Assembly (NCBI GenBank): GCA_951406725.2
Contig: OX597830.1
Location: 7,874,001-7,938,000, forward strand
Length of the DNA: 64,000 nt
From: Octopus vulgaris
Lineage: Eukaryota
Reading direction: 5' to 3'
The translations under genes and the position numbers were made by a program. The first letter of the stretch is position 1. Each line of letters opens with the position of its first letter. This document shows, one piece after another, positions 53,330 through 64,000 of the stretch. The notes under the pieces were generated by a model. It did no database searches. It was not told where the DNA came from and worked only from the letters and a program-made list of their open reading frames with translations.

Positions 53330-54278
53330 GGCTTCATATTTTGGCACACGGCCAGAAATTTCAGGGAAGCGGGTAAATCGATTACATCGACCCCAGTACG
53401 CAACTGGTACTTATTTTATCCACGCTGAAAGTATTAATGGCAAAGTCCGCCTCGGCGTCATTTGAACCCAGAACGTAAAACTGGGCGAAATACCTATTTC
53501 TTTACTACCCACAAGGAGCTAAACACAGAGGGAACAAACAAGGACAGACAAACTGATTAAGACAATTATATCGACCCCAGTATGTAACTGGTACTTATCT
53601 AATCGACCCCGAAAGGATGAAAGGCAAAGTCGACCTCGGCGGAATTTGAACTCACAACGTAGCGGCAGACGAAATACCTATTTCTTTACTACCCACAAGG
53701 AGCTAAACACAGAGGGAACAAACAAGGACAGACAAACTGATTAAGTCAATTATATCGACCCCAGTATGTAACTGGTACTTATCTAATCGACCCCGAAAGG
53801 ATGAAAGGCAAAGTCGACCTCGGCGGAATTTGAACTCACAACGTAGCGGCAGACGAAATACCTATTTCTTTACTACCCATAAGGGGCTAAACACAGAGGG
53901 AACAAACAAGGACAGACAAACTGATTAAGTCAATTATATCGACCCCAGTATGTAACTGGTACTTATCTAATCGACCCCGAAAGGATGAAAGGCAAAGTCG
54001 ACCTCGGCGGAATTTGAACTCACAACGTAGCGGCAGACGAAATACCTATTTCTTTACTACCCATAAGGGGCTAAACACAGAGGGAACAAACAAGGACAGA
54101 CAAACTGATTAAGTCAAATATATCGACCCCAGTGTGTAACTGGTACTTGTTTAATCGACCCCGAAAGGATGAAAGGCAAAGTCGACCTCGGCGGAATTTG
54201 AACTCAGAACTTAACGGCAGACGAAATGCTGCTAAGCATTTCGTCCGGCGTGCTAACGATTATGCCAGCTCGCCGCCT
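53330..54278 (-). repeat. Tandem array of SINE family B bodies: 4 x 184-bp units (53487-54222), one head, and one terminal copy with a different tail
   Basis: GAAATACC/GAAATGC recurs at 53487, 53671, 53855, 54039 and 54223. The units are near-identical. Confidence 0.95.
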
Positions 54279-54350
54279 TCGTCAACAATAGTAATATTAA
54301 CGACAGCAACAGAAACAAGAACGATAGCAACTGCAACAACAACAACAAGT

Positions 54351-54868
54351 GGAGATGCAATGGCCCAGTGGTTAGGGCGGCGGACTCGCGGTCGTAAGAA
54401 CGCGATTTCGATTCCCAGACCGGGCATTGTGAGTGTTTATTGAGCAAAAACATCTAAACTCTACGTGGCTCCGGTGTGGAGAGATGGTGAACCCCGCTGT
54501 ACTCTTTCACCTCAATTTTCTCTCACTCTTTCTTCCTATTTCTGCCACAAAGCAGAGGAACGATGGTGTAACCCACTATGGTGTGGTAAACTTTCAGACC
54601 CTAGTCTAGATTGCGAATCCTCTGTACCCAAGGATGGTTCAGCTCTCCACCCGTTAAAAGCCACCGTTTATGGAATGAGGATAACAACGTAGCTTTCGAG
54701 CCCGTGCAACCGCGTGTGGTGGGTGGTCTTCAAGTTGCCACACGCATTCTTAGTAGCTTAGAATAGGCTCGAATTAGAGATTATTCTTTGTGGCTAATGG
54801 CGTGAGTCCTGATTGGAAGAAGAAGAAGAAGAAGAAGAAGAAGAAGAAGAAGAAGAAGAAGAAGAAGA
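54351..54868 (+). mobile_element. tRNA-headed SINE related to family C, ending in (GAA)n
   Basis: TGGCCCAGTGGTTAGGG A box, ATTTCGATTCC B box, a long body and a (GAA)n tail. Confidence 0.6.
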
Positions 54869-55195
54869 CAATACCGGCTGTGTAAAAATAATCATGTTAA
54901 CCAGAGATTGTGTACGGTTGCCCAATGTGTTAGAAATAATAGCAGAATTCTTTCATATTCCTCTGTTACCGCCTTAAAGAGAAGGTCACGTGAGCTAATG
55001 TAGTCCTCGATGTCCTTAAAAAGACGGGACGGCCAATCAGTCTAGAAAACTTTAAACATAGATACTCTCAATCACATCAGACCTAGGGTAAATAACAATA
55101 AAAACAGCAACAACAACACCAACAACAGTAACAACAAATATTGAAAAATATAAAGACTGTAGAAAAACAAAGCAATACAAATATAGATATATATA

Positions 55196-55325
<130 letters not shown>

Positions 55326-55709
55326 TAAATAACATGACAAAACTGCGGAAAGCAGCATAGAGTATATAAACAGCCGTTATTAGCAGAGATGACGTCATCG
55401 GTTGCTAGGCAACAGCGTGACATGAAACGAGACCGAATATCCTGCGAGAGGACGCGTATGTAAAATTGTGGTCTAGAATTCTTCGGAATAGGAATTGGTG
55501 TTAAAAATGCTTTCATCTTTGAGATGGAGAGGAAGCGGGTTCGATCTTGTGACTCAACTTAATTATTTCCCCTCCGAGTGTATATATTGATATTATAGCT
55601 ATATTAAGATATATATCGATGCTATACAGAGCGAAATCTAGCGCTGCAATGGTTAAGTTCATTTCGTTTTATGTATGTAGATATATGTGTGTATGTAGAT
55701 ATATGTGTG

Positions 55710-55854
<145 letters not shown>

Positions 55855-56172
55855 TTTTCTATATATGCGTATGTCTGTGTGTGTCTGCGTGTGTTTTGTG
55901 TGTGTATGTGTGTGTATTTATGAGAGTGCTTGTATGCGTTTGCGTGTGTGTTTTTATTTATACGATACTTCAAAGGTGTATAAATCTGCTTCCAACATTT
56001 TTCAGGTTTTCGGAACAACGATGTGTGTGTACGCGCAAGCGCGTGCGTGTGGGTGGGTGTTCTCTTCATTTTTGCATTTGATTTGCAAGACTTTTCTTGT
56101 AAATTCGTGTTTTGAAACAAATCTTGCGACTTGGGAAGAATAATGACCCTCCCAAGACACAAGTATACATAT

Positions 56173-56220
<48 letters not shown>

Positions 56221-56297
56221 GTATACGTGTGTGTATATATATATATATATGTTTGTCTTTATGTATCTATATGTATGCATACACATAAATAAAATAT

Positions 56298-56329
<32 letters not shown>

Positions 56330-56500
56330 TTATATACATACATATATATATGCATATATATATGTTTGTCTTTATGTGTGTACATGTATGCATATACGTA
56401 TATATATATAACACTTACTTGGAAGAGGATGCATGGCGTTCAGTCATATAATAATATAGATAATATATATATATGCATATACTTACAACTATACGTGTGT

Positions 56501-56579
<79 letters not shown>

Positions 56580-57219
56580 TGTGTGTTTGTGCATATGTGG
56601 GCACAGGATGTCAGAAACGCGTACAACAAAAAATTATGAAGCACGAGTACATGGAACATGAACTATTCTTTCGAACAACGAAAGACACAAAAGAAAAACA
56701 AAACAAACAACATAAAGAACGACCCTTCATCAGTTGTTGGCTGATTTTTTTTTTCATTCATTTAAATACCTCGCTCGTCTACAAGCAACTTGCCTTTAAA
56801 AAAGAATCTTCCTTTTCGTAGTATGGGTCTTCACTGCCCTTACTAGCATGTAACGAATCCACATAGGGGATTTATGCACTCTTATATAGAAATATTAACG
56901 GCTTCTAACTCTTAATTACGCAAGCTGACTACTGGTAAAATATTATGTTATAATAAATTTCTACCTTGTATGTATATATATATATACACCAACCAAATTG
57001 CTGCAATAAATGTGTGAATCGGAGAGGGGAATATATTAAATAAAAGATAATATATTGGTCTTCCTGTATTTTGCTTTACCCAAAGCACCCTTCGTATATA
57101 TAGAAGAACTTTGCTCGAAACATAAAGCACCCTTTCTTTTCATCCACGAGCATCTTAATACTTTGTATTTACTACATACTCGCGTCGTTTTTCTTGGGGT
57201 TTTTTCTCCGTTTTTTTTA

Positions 57220-57256
<37 letters not shown>

Positions 57257-57307
57257 CGCGGTGCCCCAGCATGGCCACAGCTCGTGAGCTGAAACTAGAA
57301 TCAATCA

Positions 57308-57364
<57 letters not shown>

Positions 57365-57368
<4 letters not shown>

Positions 57369-58268
57369 GAGTTTCAAAACACTGATATCATTTGAGACAC
57401 AGAAACTACATGGTCAAAGCAAATGAAACTAAACTGGTTTAATGTTGTGCAACATAAGATTTATTCCCCTAAATATGGATGAGACAAAGGTATGTGGATC
57501 CCATGAACGATTTCACAAAAACGGGCCATGAAGATGCTTCTTGGAGATGGCACAGAACACATTCACTTTTGGTGAGTCCCTCTCATGCTCAACTGTGGCA
57601 TGGGGATTTCCTTTGCCCCAAATGCGAACATTATGCTTATAGATTTTGCCACTCGTATGAAATGTGGCCTCATCTTTGAAAACAAGACATTCCTTGATGT
57701 CGTCTTCTTCAAGTTTCTCTTGCAGATCAACACAGAATTGTTTGCGCTTTCGCTTGTCATCTGCCGTTGTTGCCTGAATGAGCTGCAGCTTGTAGGGTTT
57801 CATTAGCAAGCGTTTCCTCAGGACGCGCCAAACTGTCGTTGGGGGAATGTGGGTTTCCAGCCTTGTTCTTCTTATGGGCTTCTTGGGGTTTCGCAAGAGT
57901 TTCTGGCGAACCCGCTCGACCGTCTCTTCCGATGTTAATGCTCGTCCAGATCCTTTTGTCTTGCACAGACAGCCTTCCTCTTTGAATTTTTTGTTCCATG
58001 TTCAAATCTGTATTTCCGTGGGTGACTTTTTAGAGAAATCTCTCACAAATGCACGCTGGACAGTCTCGTTTGGCTGTGTTCGAGCATACTCCAACACACA
58101 AAACACCTTTTCTCTTCCAGTGAATGCCATTTCTGTACCTGAAAAGATAAACACATCAAACATTAGACATAAACTTTCTACATTTGCTGTAAAAATTTGA
58201 AGTCATTTGAACAAGAACAGGCAAAGTTATTAGATTGCGAAATGATATCAAATTTTTGAAACACCCTG
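57365..58268 (-). mobile_element. Internally deleted Tc1/mariner-superfamily element with a DUF4817-type HTH transposase
   Basis: TIRs CAGAGAGTTTCAAAACACTGATATCATTT and CAGGGTGTTTCAAAAATTTGATATCATTT, with TA flanks. ATG at 58130 gives MAFTGREKVFCVLEYARTQ..QI*TWNKKFKEEG..GSGR..KPYKLQL..LVFKDEATFH.SGK..KHNVRIWG..P......RDSPKVNVFCAIS..GPF. One stop codon is present and the C-terminal half is missing. Confidence 0.92.
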
Positions 58269-58626
58269 TATATATGCTACGGGCTTCTTTTAGTTTCCGT
58301 CTCCCAAATCCACTCGCAAAGCTTTGGTCTGCCCGCAGCTATATTAGACGACACATGCCGAAGGTGCCACGCAATGGCACTGAACCCCGAACCATTTATG
58401 GAGAAAGAACCAACAAAAAGCTGTTGCAAGAGAGATGAATTCGCAATTTCCCACCTCTACTCAGCCAATTCACTTAACTATTAGAGTACCTTCGTTGAGG
58501 TACTCAATTATTGGAGTACCTTAATTCTTGGCTTTCGGATTATGCTACCTAAGATACAATGGTGCTACCATCTTGGATGACTGCATAATTTTACCTTTAT
58601 AAGTGTAAAGTAATAATTGTAGCGTT

Positions 58627-58695
<69 letters not shown>

Positions 58696-59174
58696 TGTTG
58701 TTGTTGTTGTTGTTTTTGTAGTTGTCGTTGTTGTGGCACAAACTGTTGGCAGTGAGGATTTGAGAGAAATCTTTAGCTGTTATTTCTAGCATGCAGGCCA
58801 TTCGAGATAGCATGTTAGAATCTGTCTCGTTCGTTGGTCGGATACCAAATTAGTCCTACTTACGATGATTGGTCAACACGAAGCACTAACGAAATGATCA
58901 GTCGGAGAGAAAGTTAAATAATCGATATTTTCGACATTTAAACAGCCAACTAATTGATAATGACCAAGAGATTTCCCTTCTTGGGGCGGTTTTTAGGGCG
59001 AATTTTAACGGCAGACCTTTATCAGCTTCCAGTGTTTGCTAAATATCTACTGAGATCATTTGGTGTGATGTTGACTGAACGATCAACACTTTCGACCTCG
59101 TTAAGTGCGTAATTCGATTAGAAAAGATGACCGGTTATACGAGTAAACCACTGTGTTTCATGTGTGTGTGTGTA

Positions 59175-59205
<31 letters not shown>

Positions 59206-59213
59206 ATGTATGC

Positions 59214-59268
<55 letters not shown>

Positions 59269-59438
59269 GTGATTCTAGAGACTGTTTTTGGAGGGGTTGT
59301 TTTTTCTATGTGGGGGCGACAGTTACTTTATGGAACTAATTGGATCTTATGTTAGTTTTGCGTAAGAGTAGTTCTATGTTTTATGTTTGGGACTTCGAAG
59401 CTAAGGTGGAAAGAAAACATAATGATAATAATAATAAC

Positions 59439-59498
<60 letters not shown>

Positions 59499-59499
<1 letters not shown>

Positions 59500-59724
59500 G
59501 TTTCAAATTTTCGCACAAGGCCAGCAAGTTTGGAGGAGAGGGATAATCGATTACATCGCACCCCCCCCCCCCCCATCATTCAACTGGTACTTATTTCATT
59601 GACCCCAGAATGATGACAGGCACAGTCGACCTCGGCGGAATTTGAACTCTGGGCCTAAAGACGGACGAAATGTCGCCAAGCATTTTGCCCGGCGTGCTAA
59701 CGATTCTGCCAGCTCGCCGCCTTA
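59499..59724 (-). mobile_element. SINE family B
   Basis: Full head, with 3' tail ..GGCCTTGTGCGAAAATTTGAAACC. Confidence 0.85.
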
Positions 59725-59738
59725 GCAGCAGCAGCAAC

Positions 59739-59775
<37 letters not shown>

Positions 59776-59776
59776 A

Positions 59777-59813
<37 letters not shown>

Positions 59814-59989
59814 TTTTCTTTATTTAACCCAAATGGGTTGACAAAACCACCGAGGAAGGCAAGGGCAATATAGTGTGAGAAAGTAAATAAAAAATAAAAC
59901 ACATAAATAGAAAAATAACAGCAACAAACAAACAAAAAAGATTTCTAACATTCTTTTCCAAAATTCTGTTTTTCTTTTCTTAAATTAAT

Positions 59990-60600
59990 TTAGCGAATAA
60001 CAACAGGAACCACCCAATCCCTTGGAGTCCTGGTCGGTTATTTTCAAAACTGGATTTACCAACTCCTCATCGATGGCCCTTGTATTTTTGTCGCCATATT
60101 AGTGTGATGCCGGTTGTTGATTCCCACAATGGAACTTATCGCTTTTATGGTTCCTGACAACAGTATCAAGTCAGTTATGTTTTAATATAGTTACTGCTTT
60201 TATTCTTAGATTCCACTAATATCCTTTCGCTCCAACGTTCTCAATATATTCATCGTTATAGGGCGGCGAGCTGGCAGAATCGTTAGCACGCTGGGCGAAG
60301 TGCTTAGCGGTATTTTGTCTGCCATTACGTTCTGAGTTAAAATTCCATCGAAGTTGACTTTGCCTTTCAACCTTTCGAGGTCAATTAAATAAATACCAGT
60401 TACGCGCTGGGGTCAGTCTGTCCTTGTTTATCCCTTCTATGTTTAGCCCCATGTGGGCAATAAAGAAATAAATATATTCATCGTTATATAGTATTTTTCT
60501 TCCCATTCTATTCCAGACTGTTCGACCTACCCCATCATTGTATAGAGCTCTTTCCAGGGTGTTTACAAATGACAACATTTGTGGTTAATACCTCCAGTCT
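59990..60600 (-). pseudogene. Possible old RLE (R4-like) remnant interrupted by a SINE
   Basis: After removing the SINE the frame reads WNLRIKAVTILKHN*LDTVVRNHK, resembling WD..I.T...L.HNRPDIVV. Confidence 0.35.
60261..60470 (+). mobile_element. SINE family B with an 18-bp TSD
   Basis: AATATATTCATCGTTATA at 60243-60260 and 60471-60488. Confidence 0.92.
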
Positions 60601-60623
60601 TCTAAGTAAATAGGTATGACTAT

Positions 60624-60800
60624 GTGGAGGTACGCCGCTTAATGGTTAGGGTGTTAGACTCATGATAGTAAGATTGCAGTTTCGATTCCTGACCGGGTGA
60701 TGCGTTGTACTCTTGAGCCAAACAATACAATTCCCGTGGTTCGTGTCCACTCAACAGGCAAAATAAGTAACCTTGCAACAGACCGCCGTTGTCTACCCGG
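60624..60800 (+). mobile_element. SINE family C, diverged
   Basis: GTGGAGGTACGCCGCTTAATGGTTAGGGTGTTAGACTCATGA..GTTTCGATTCCTGACCGGG. Confidence 0.7.
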
Positions 60801-61022
60801 GGTGGGGAATGTGTGCTTCGCAGAATGCGGGCGAAATGTTCCTTATAAGCATATGGAACGAGAAGAGCCCCCGATCCCTATTTTAATGTGTGAATGCACG
60901 TTTGAACTTCTGTATATATATGTATGTATACTTATGCACACATATTCGTATATACGCACCTATGTATGTACATAAGTATCTGTATATGTATGTACGTCAG
61001 CATGTGTAAATATATATGTAAT

Positions 61023-61402
61023 AGGAGTGGCCGTATGGTAAGTAGCTTGCTTGCCAACCACATGGTTCCGAGTTCAGTCCTAGTGCGTGGCACCTCAGAC
61101 TGACCAAAGCCTTGTAAGTGGATTTGGTAGACGGAAACTGAAAGAAGCCCGTCGTATATATATGTATGTGTGTGTTTATGTTTGTGCGTCTGTGTTTGCC
61201 CCCCCCCCCCACCATCGCTTAACAACCAATGCTGGTGTGTTTGCGTCTCCGTAACTTTGCGGTTCGGCAAGGGAGACCGATAGAATAAGTACTAGACTTA
61301 CAAAAGAATAAGTCCTGGGGTCGATTTTTTTCGACTAAAGGCGTTGCTCCAGCATGGCCGCAGTCAAACGACTGAAACAAATAAAAGAAAAGAATAAAAG
61401 AA
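61023..61402 (+). mobile_element. SINE family A
   Basis: Similar to 26812-27233 with an internal deletion. Confidence 0.88.
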
Positions 61403-61786
61403 TAGATTTGAACGTTTACATATATATGTGTGTGTGTGTACGTGTGTGTGTGTGTGTGTACGTGTGTGTGTGTACGTGTGTGTGTGTATGTGTATATACG
61501 TATGAATGAATTCGTGTATGGATGAATGGATGTTTGTCACTGATTGTTATATGTACGTATTTGTGTCTGTTTATCTAATTGTATGTATATAAGATCTATG
61601 CATGTGTACGTCCATGTGTATGCACGAATCTATGTACGTGAATACGTGTAATACGTACGTATAATAGGTATGCACACATATACATGTGTGTGTGCGTGTG
61701 TGAGTGTGTGTGTGTGTGTATGCATTGAATAAATGAACGCATTCATTAGAGTCATTTTCTACCAGGTATGTGTGCGTTTATATATA

Positions 61787-61817
<31 letters not shown>

Positions 61818-61886
61818 ATCGGTATTTGTATGTATATATGTAGTTATGCGTATACGTATGTATATCTACAAATGTGTATGAATGTG

Positions 61887-61918
<32 letters not shown>

Positions 61919-62222
61919 AGCTACTCAAATCACATTAACAAACTAAAGATGCTCGAATAGGCACATAACTATGGACGAACAGGAGAATAAGAACATTAGT
62001 TTACAGGAATAAGAGAATACAAAACAAAAATAGAACACGAGTTATCAAGGAATAAACGGAGAAAAGAAAATAAAGCAGAAGAAAAACATACAAAAAATAA
62101 CTGTTAAAAACGAGTAAAAAAACTCTCGGATAAAAAAAAACACGTGTAAATGTATGAGGAAACTCTAAAATACATTATAAGCATACACACATACACGTAT
62201 ACAGTTACATCTACTTATATAA

Positions 62223-62253
<31 letters not shown>

Positions 62254-62561
62254 TGTATGTATATATATGCATGTATGTAAGTATATATGTATGTATTTAT
62301 ATGTGTGTGTGTGCGTGTAGGTGTGTATGCGTGAATCTATATTAGTAAACAAGGAAATAAATGGACGATATACTTATAAACTAAATTGATTTTCAAGTGT
62401 CTCTTGTAGAATGTTTGGCCGTAGGGTGCGTGGAGAAAATTTCGTAGCTGTTGCACATACACACACAGACAACACAATACAACACACACACACACACACA
62501 CTTACATCACATATAATATGTATGTGTGTGCGTGTTTGTGTGTATATATACATACATATAT

Positions 62562-62616
<55 letters not shown>

Positions 62617-62817
62617 TTTTACGTATATATATATATACATGTATTTATATTTACATATATATGTGTGTGTGTCTATGTGTATATACATTTTACGTATGTA
62701 TATGTATGCATGTATACTTACATAAATATATATACATATATATATATATAAGCATATATGTACATACATATACCTTATATATATATTATATATATATATA
62801 GGCATATATCAACATAG

Positions 62818-62857
<40 letters not shown>

Positions 62858-63326
62858 TATATAGAGTCGTGAGATTGGAGAGAAGCAATTTTTACCCTAA
62901 ACTACCTTAGTAACGGCCATAGCAACGAGAGTTTTAGTTAGAAGTTATAGGTTGATCCCACTAATGGGTGCTATTAGTGGTAATTCGATAGAGAGTGTAC
63001 CATTGGTAATGGTTAGCGTATAATGGTGGTGGTGGTGGTGGTGGTGGTGAGGTGGTGGTGGTGGCGGTCGTGGTGGTGGTGGATATCATTTTCAGGATGG
63101 TGGTGAAGGTGTTGTCGTTGGTGGTGATGTGGCGCTGCTGGTGGTCGAAGATGCTGTCGATGGTGGTGGTCGTCGTCGTGGTGATGGTGGTGGCAGTGGT
63201 GGTGCCGGTTAGTGTCCGTGCTGGTAGTGGTAGTAGTGTTGATGGTTTTGGTGGTGGTGGTACGGTGATGGTGGGGATGATGATATGGTAGCAGTGTAGA
63301 CAGTGATGGTGGTAGCAATGTTGTTG

Positions 63327-63358
<32 letters not shown>

Positions 63359-64000
63359 GGTGGTGGTGGTGGTGGTGATGGTGTGGTGGTGATGGTTGCG
63401 TGAGCTAGTGAAGGAGAATGCAAACGATAGCAACATCTAGGAGAATGGCACCCGAATCGCGTGGGGGTGATGGTCGTGTGCAGATTGGAGCGGGGTGTGC
63501 ATTTTTTCTTTTGCTTTTGTTGTTGTTTATATTTGTATGGTTTGTTTTGTTTTTTCATTCAGCATTTGGAATTTTTAAGGAGTGAATACAAGACAGACAG
63601 AAAAGAAATGGTGATGCTGTTGGGCATCCGTACAAATGAGATTTCCGTTTGCAATGACCGTTGACAACAAGACTGAGAGAGAGGGAGAAAGGGGGAGAGA
63701 GACAGACAGACAGACAGACAGAGAACGAAGATGAAGAAGGAGGAGGAAGTTATGATAGATTATCATTATCATTATCATCAGCAGCATCATCATTTACCCA
63801 ACGGTATCATACGAGTGTCTCTTGCCCCGCCATGTCTACATCTGTATTCCCGAAAGACCTTTTAAACCTCGCCTTTTGGCGTAGAATCGTCTTTGTATTT
63901 CACATAAGTTGTGATATCTATTTCCTTTGCTCTGAAGTTATTATAGCACTTCGTTAGTTTCTTTGTAGAACCGCTAAGTAGATTATATATAATATTATGT

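Noticed and set aside
53487-54222. CRISPR-like regular array
   Set aside because: The units are wholly repeated 184-bp SINE bodies with no unique spacers, there are no cas genes, and the context is eukaryotic.

Overview
AT-rich, microsatellite-saturated animal genomic DNA. The SINE families and repeat landscape look like an octopus (coleoid cephalopod) genome; this is an inference from recalled repeat families. I find no intact host protein-coding exon: almost all ORF-track entries are translations of (TA)n, (TG)n, (TAGA)n, (TATG)n, (TAA)n, (GGT)n or (GAT)n tracts. The recognisable content is a transposon graveyard: a cluster of (TAA)n-targeted R4/Dong-type retrotransposon 3' ends, a HERO-like fragment, a CR1 3' end, decayed mariner, Tc1, maT-like and DUF4817-type DNA transposons, Tc1-type, pogo-type and hAT MITEs, two Helitrons, and three tRNA-derived SINE families, one forming a 4 x 184-bp tandem array. 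One Helitron splits a Tc1 transposase, and removing it restores the reading frame. The most interesting hidden layer is a dispersed set of minimal type-I hammerhead-ribozyme motifs (two with complete catalytic cores and very long stem II, about eight degenerate) plus a ~170-bp-arm palindrome, consistent with Penelope-like/retrozyme elements. Weaker signals (CTCF, CCAAT and ETS motifs, splice sites) suggest a promoter near 4.2-4.9 kb and that much of the window could be intronic. All coordinates were read by eye and boundaries of decayed elements are approximate.
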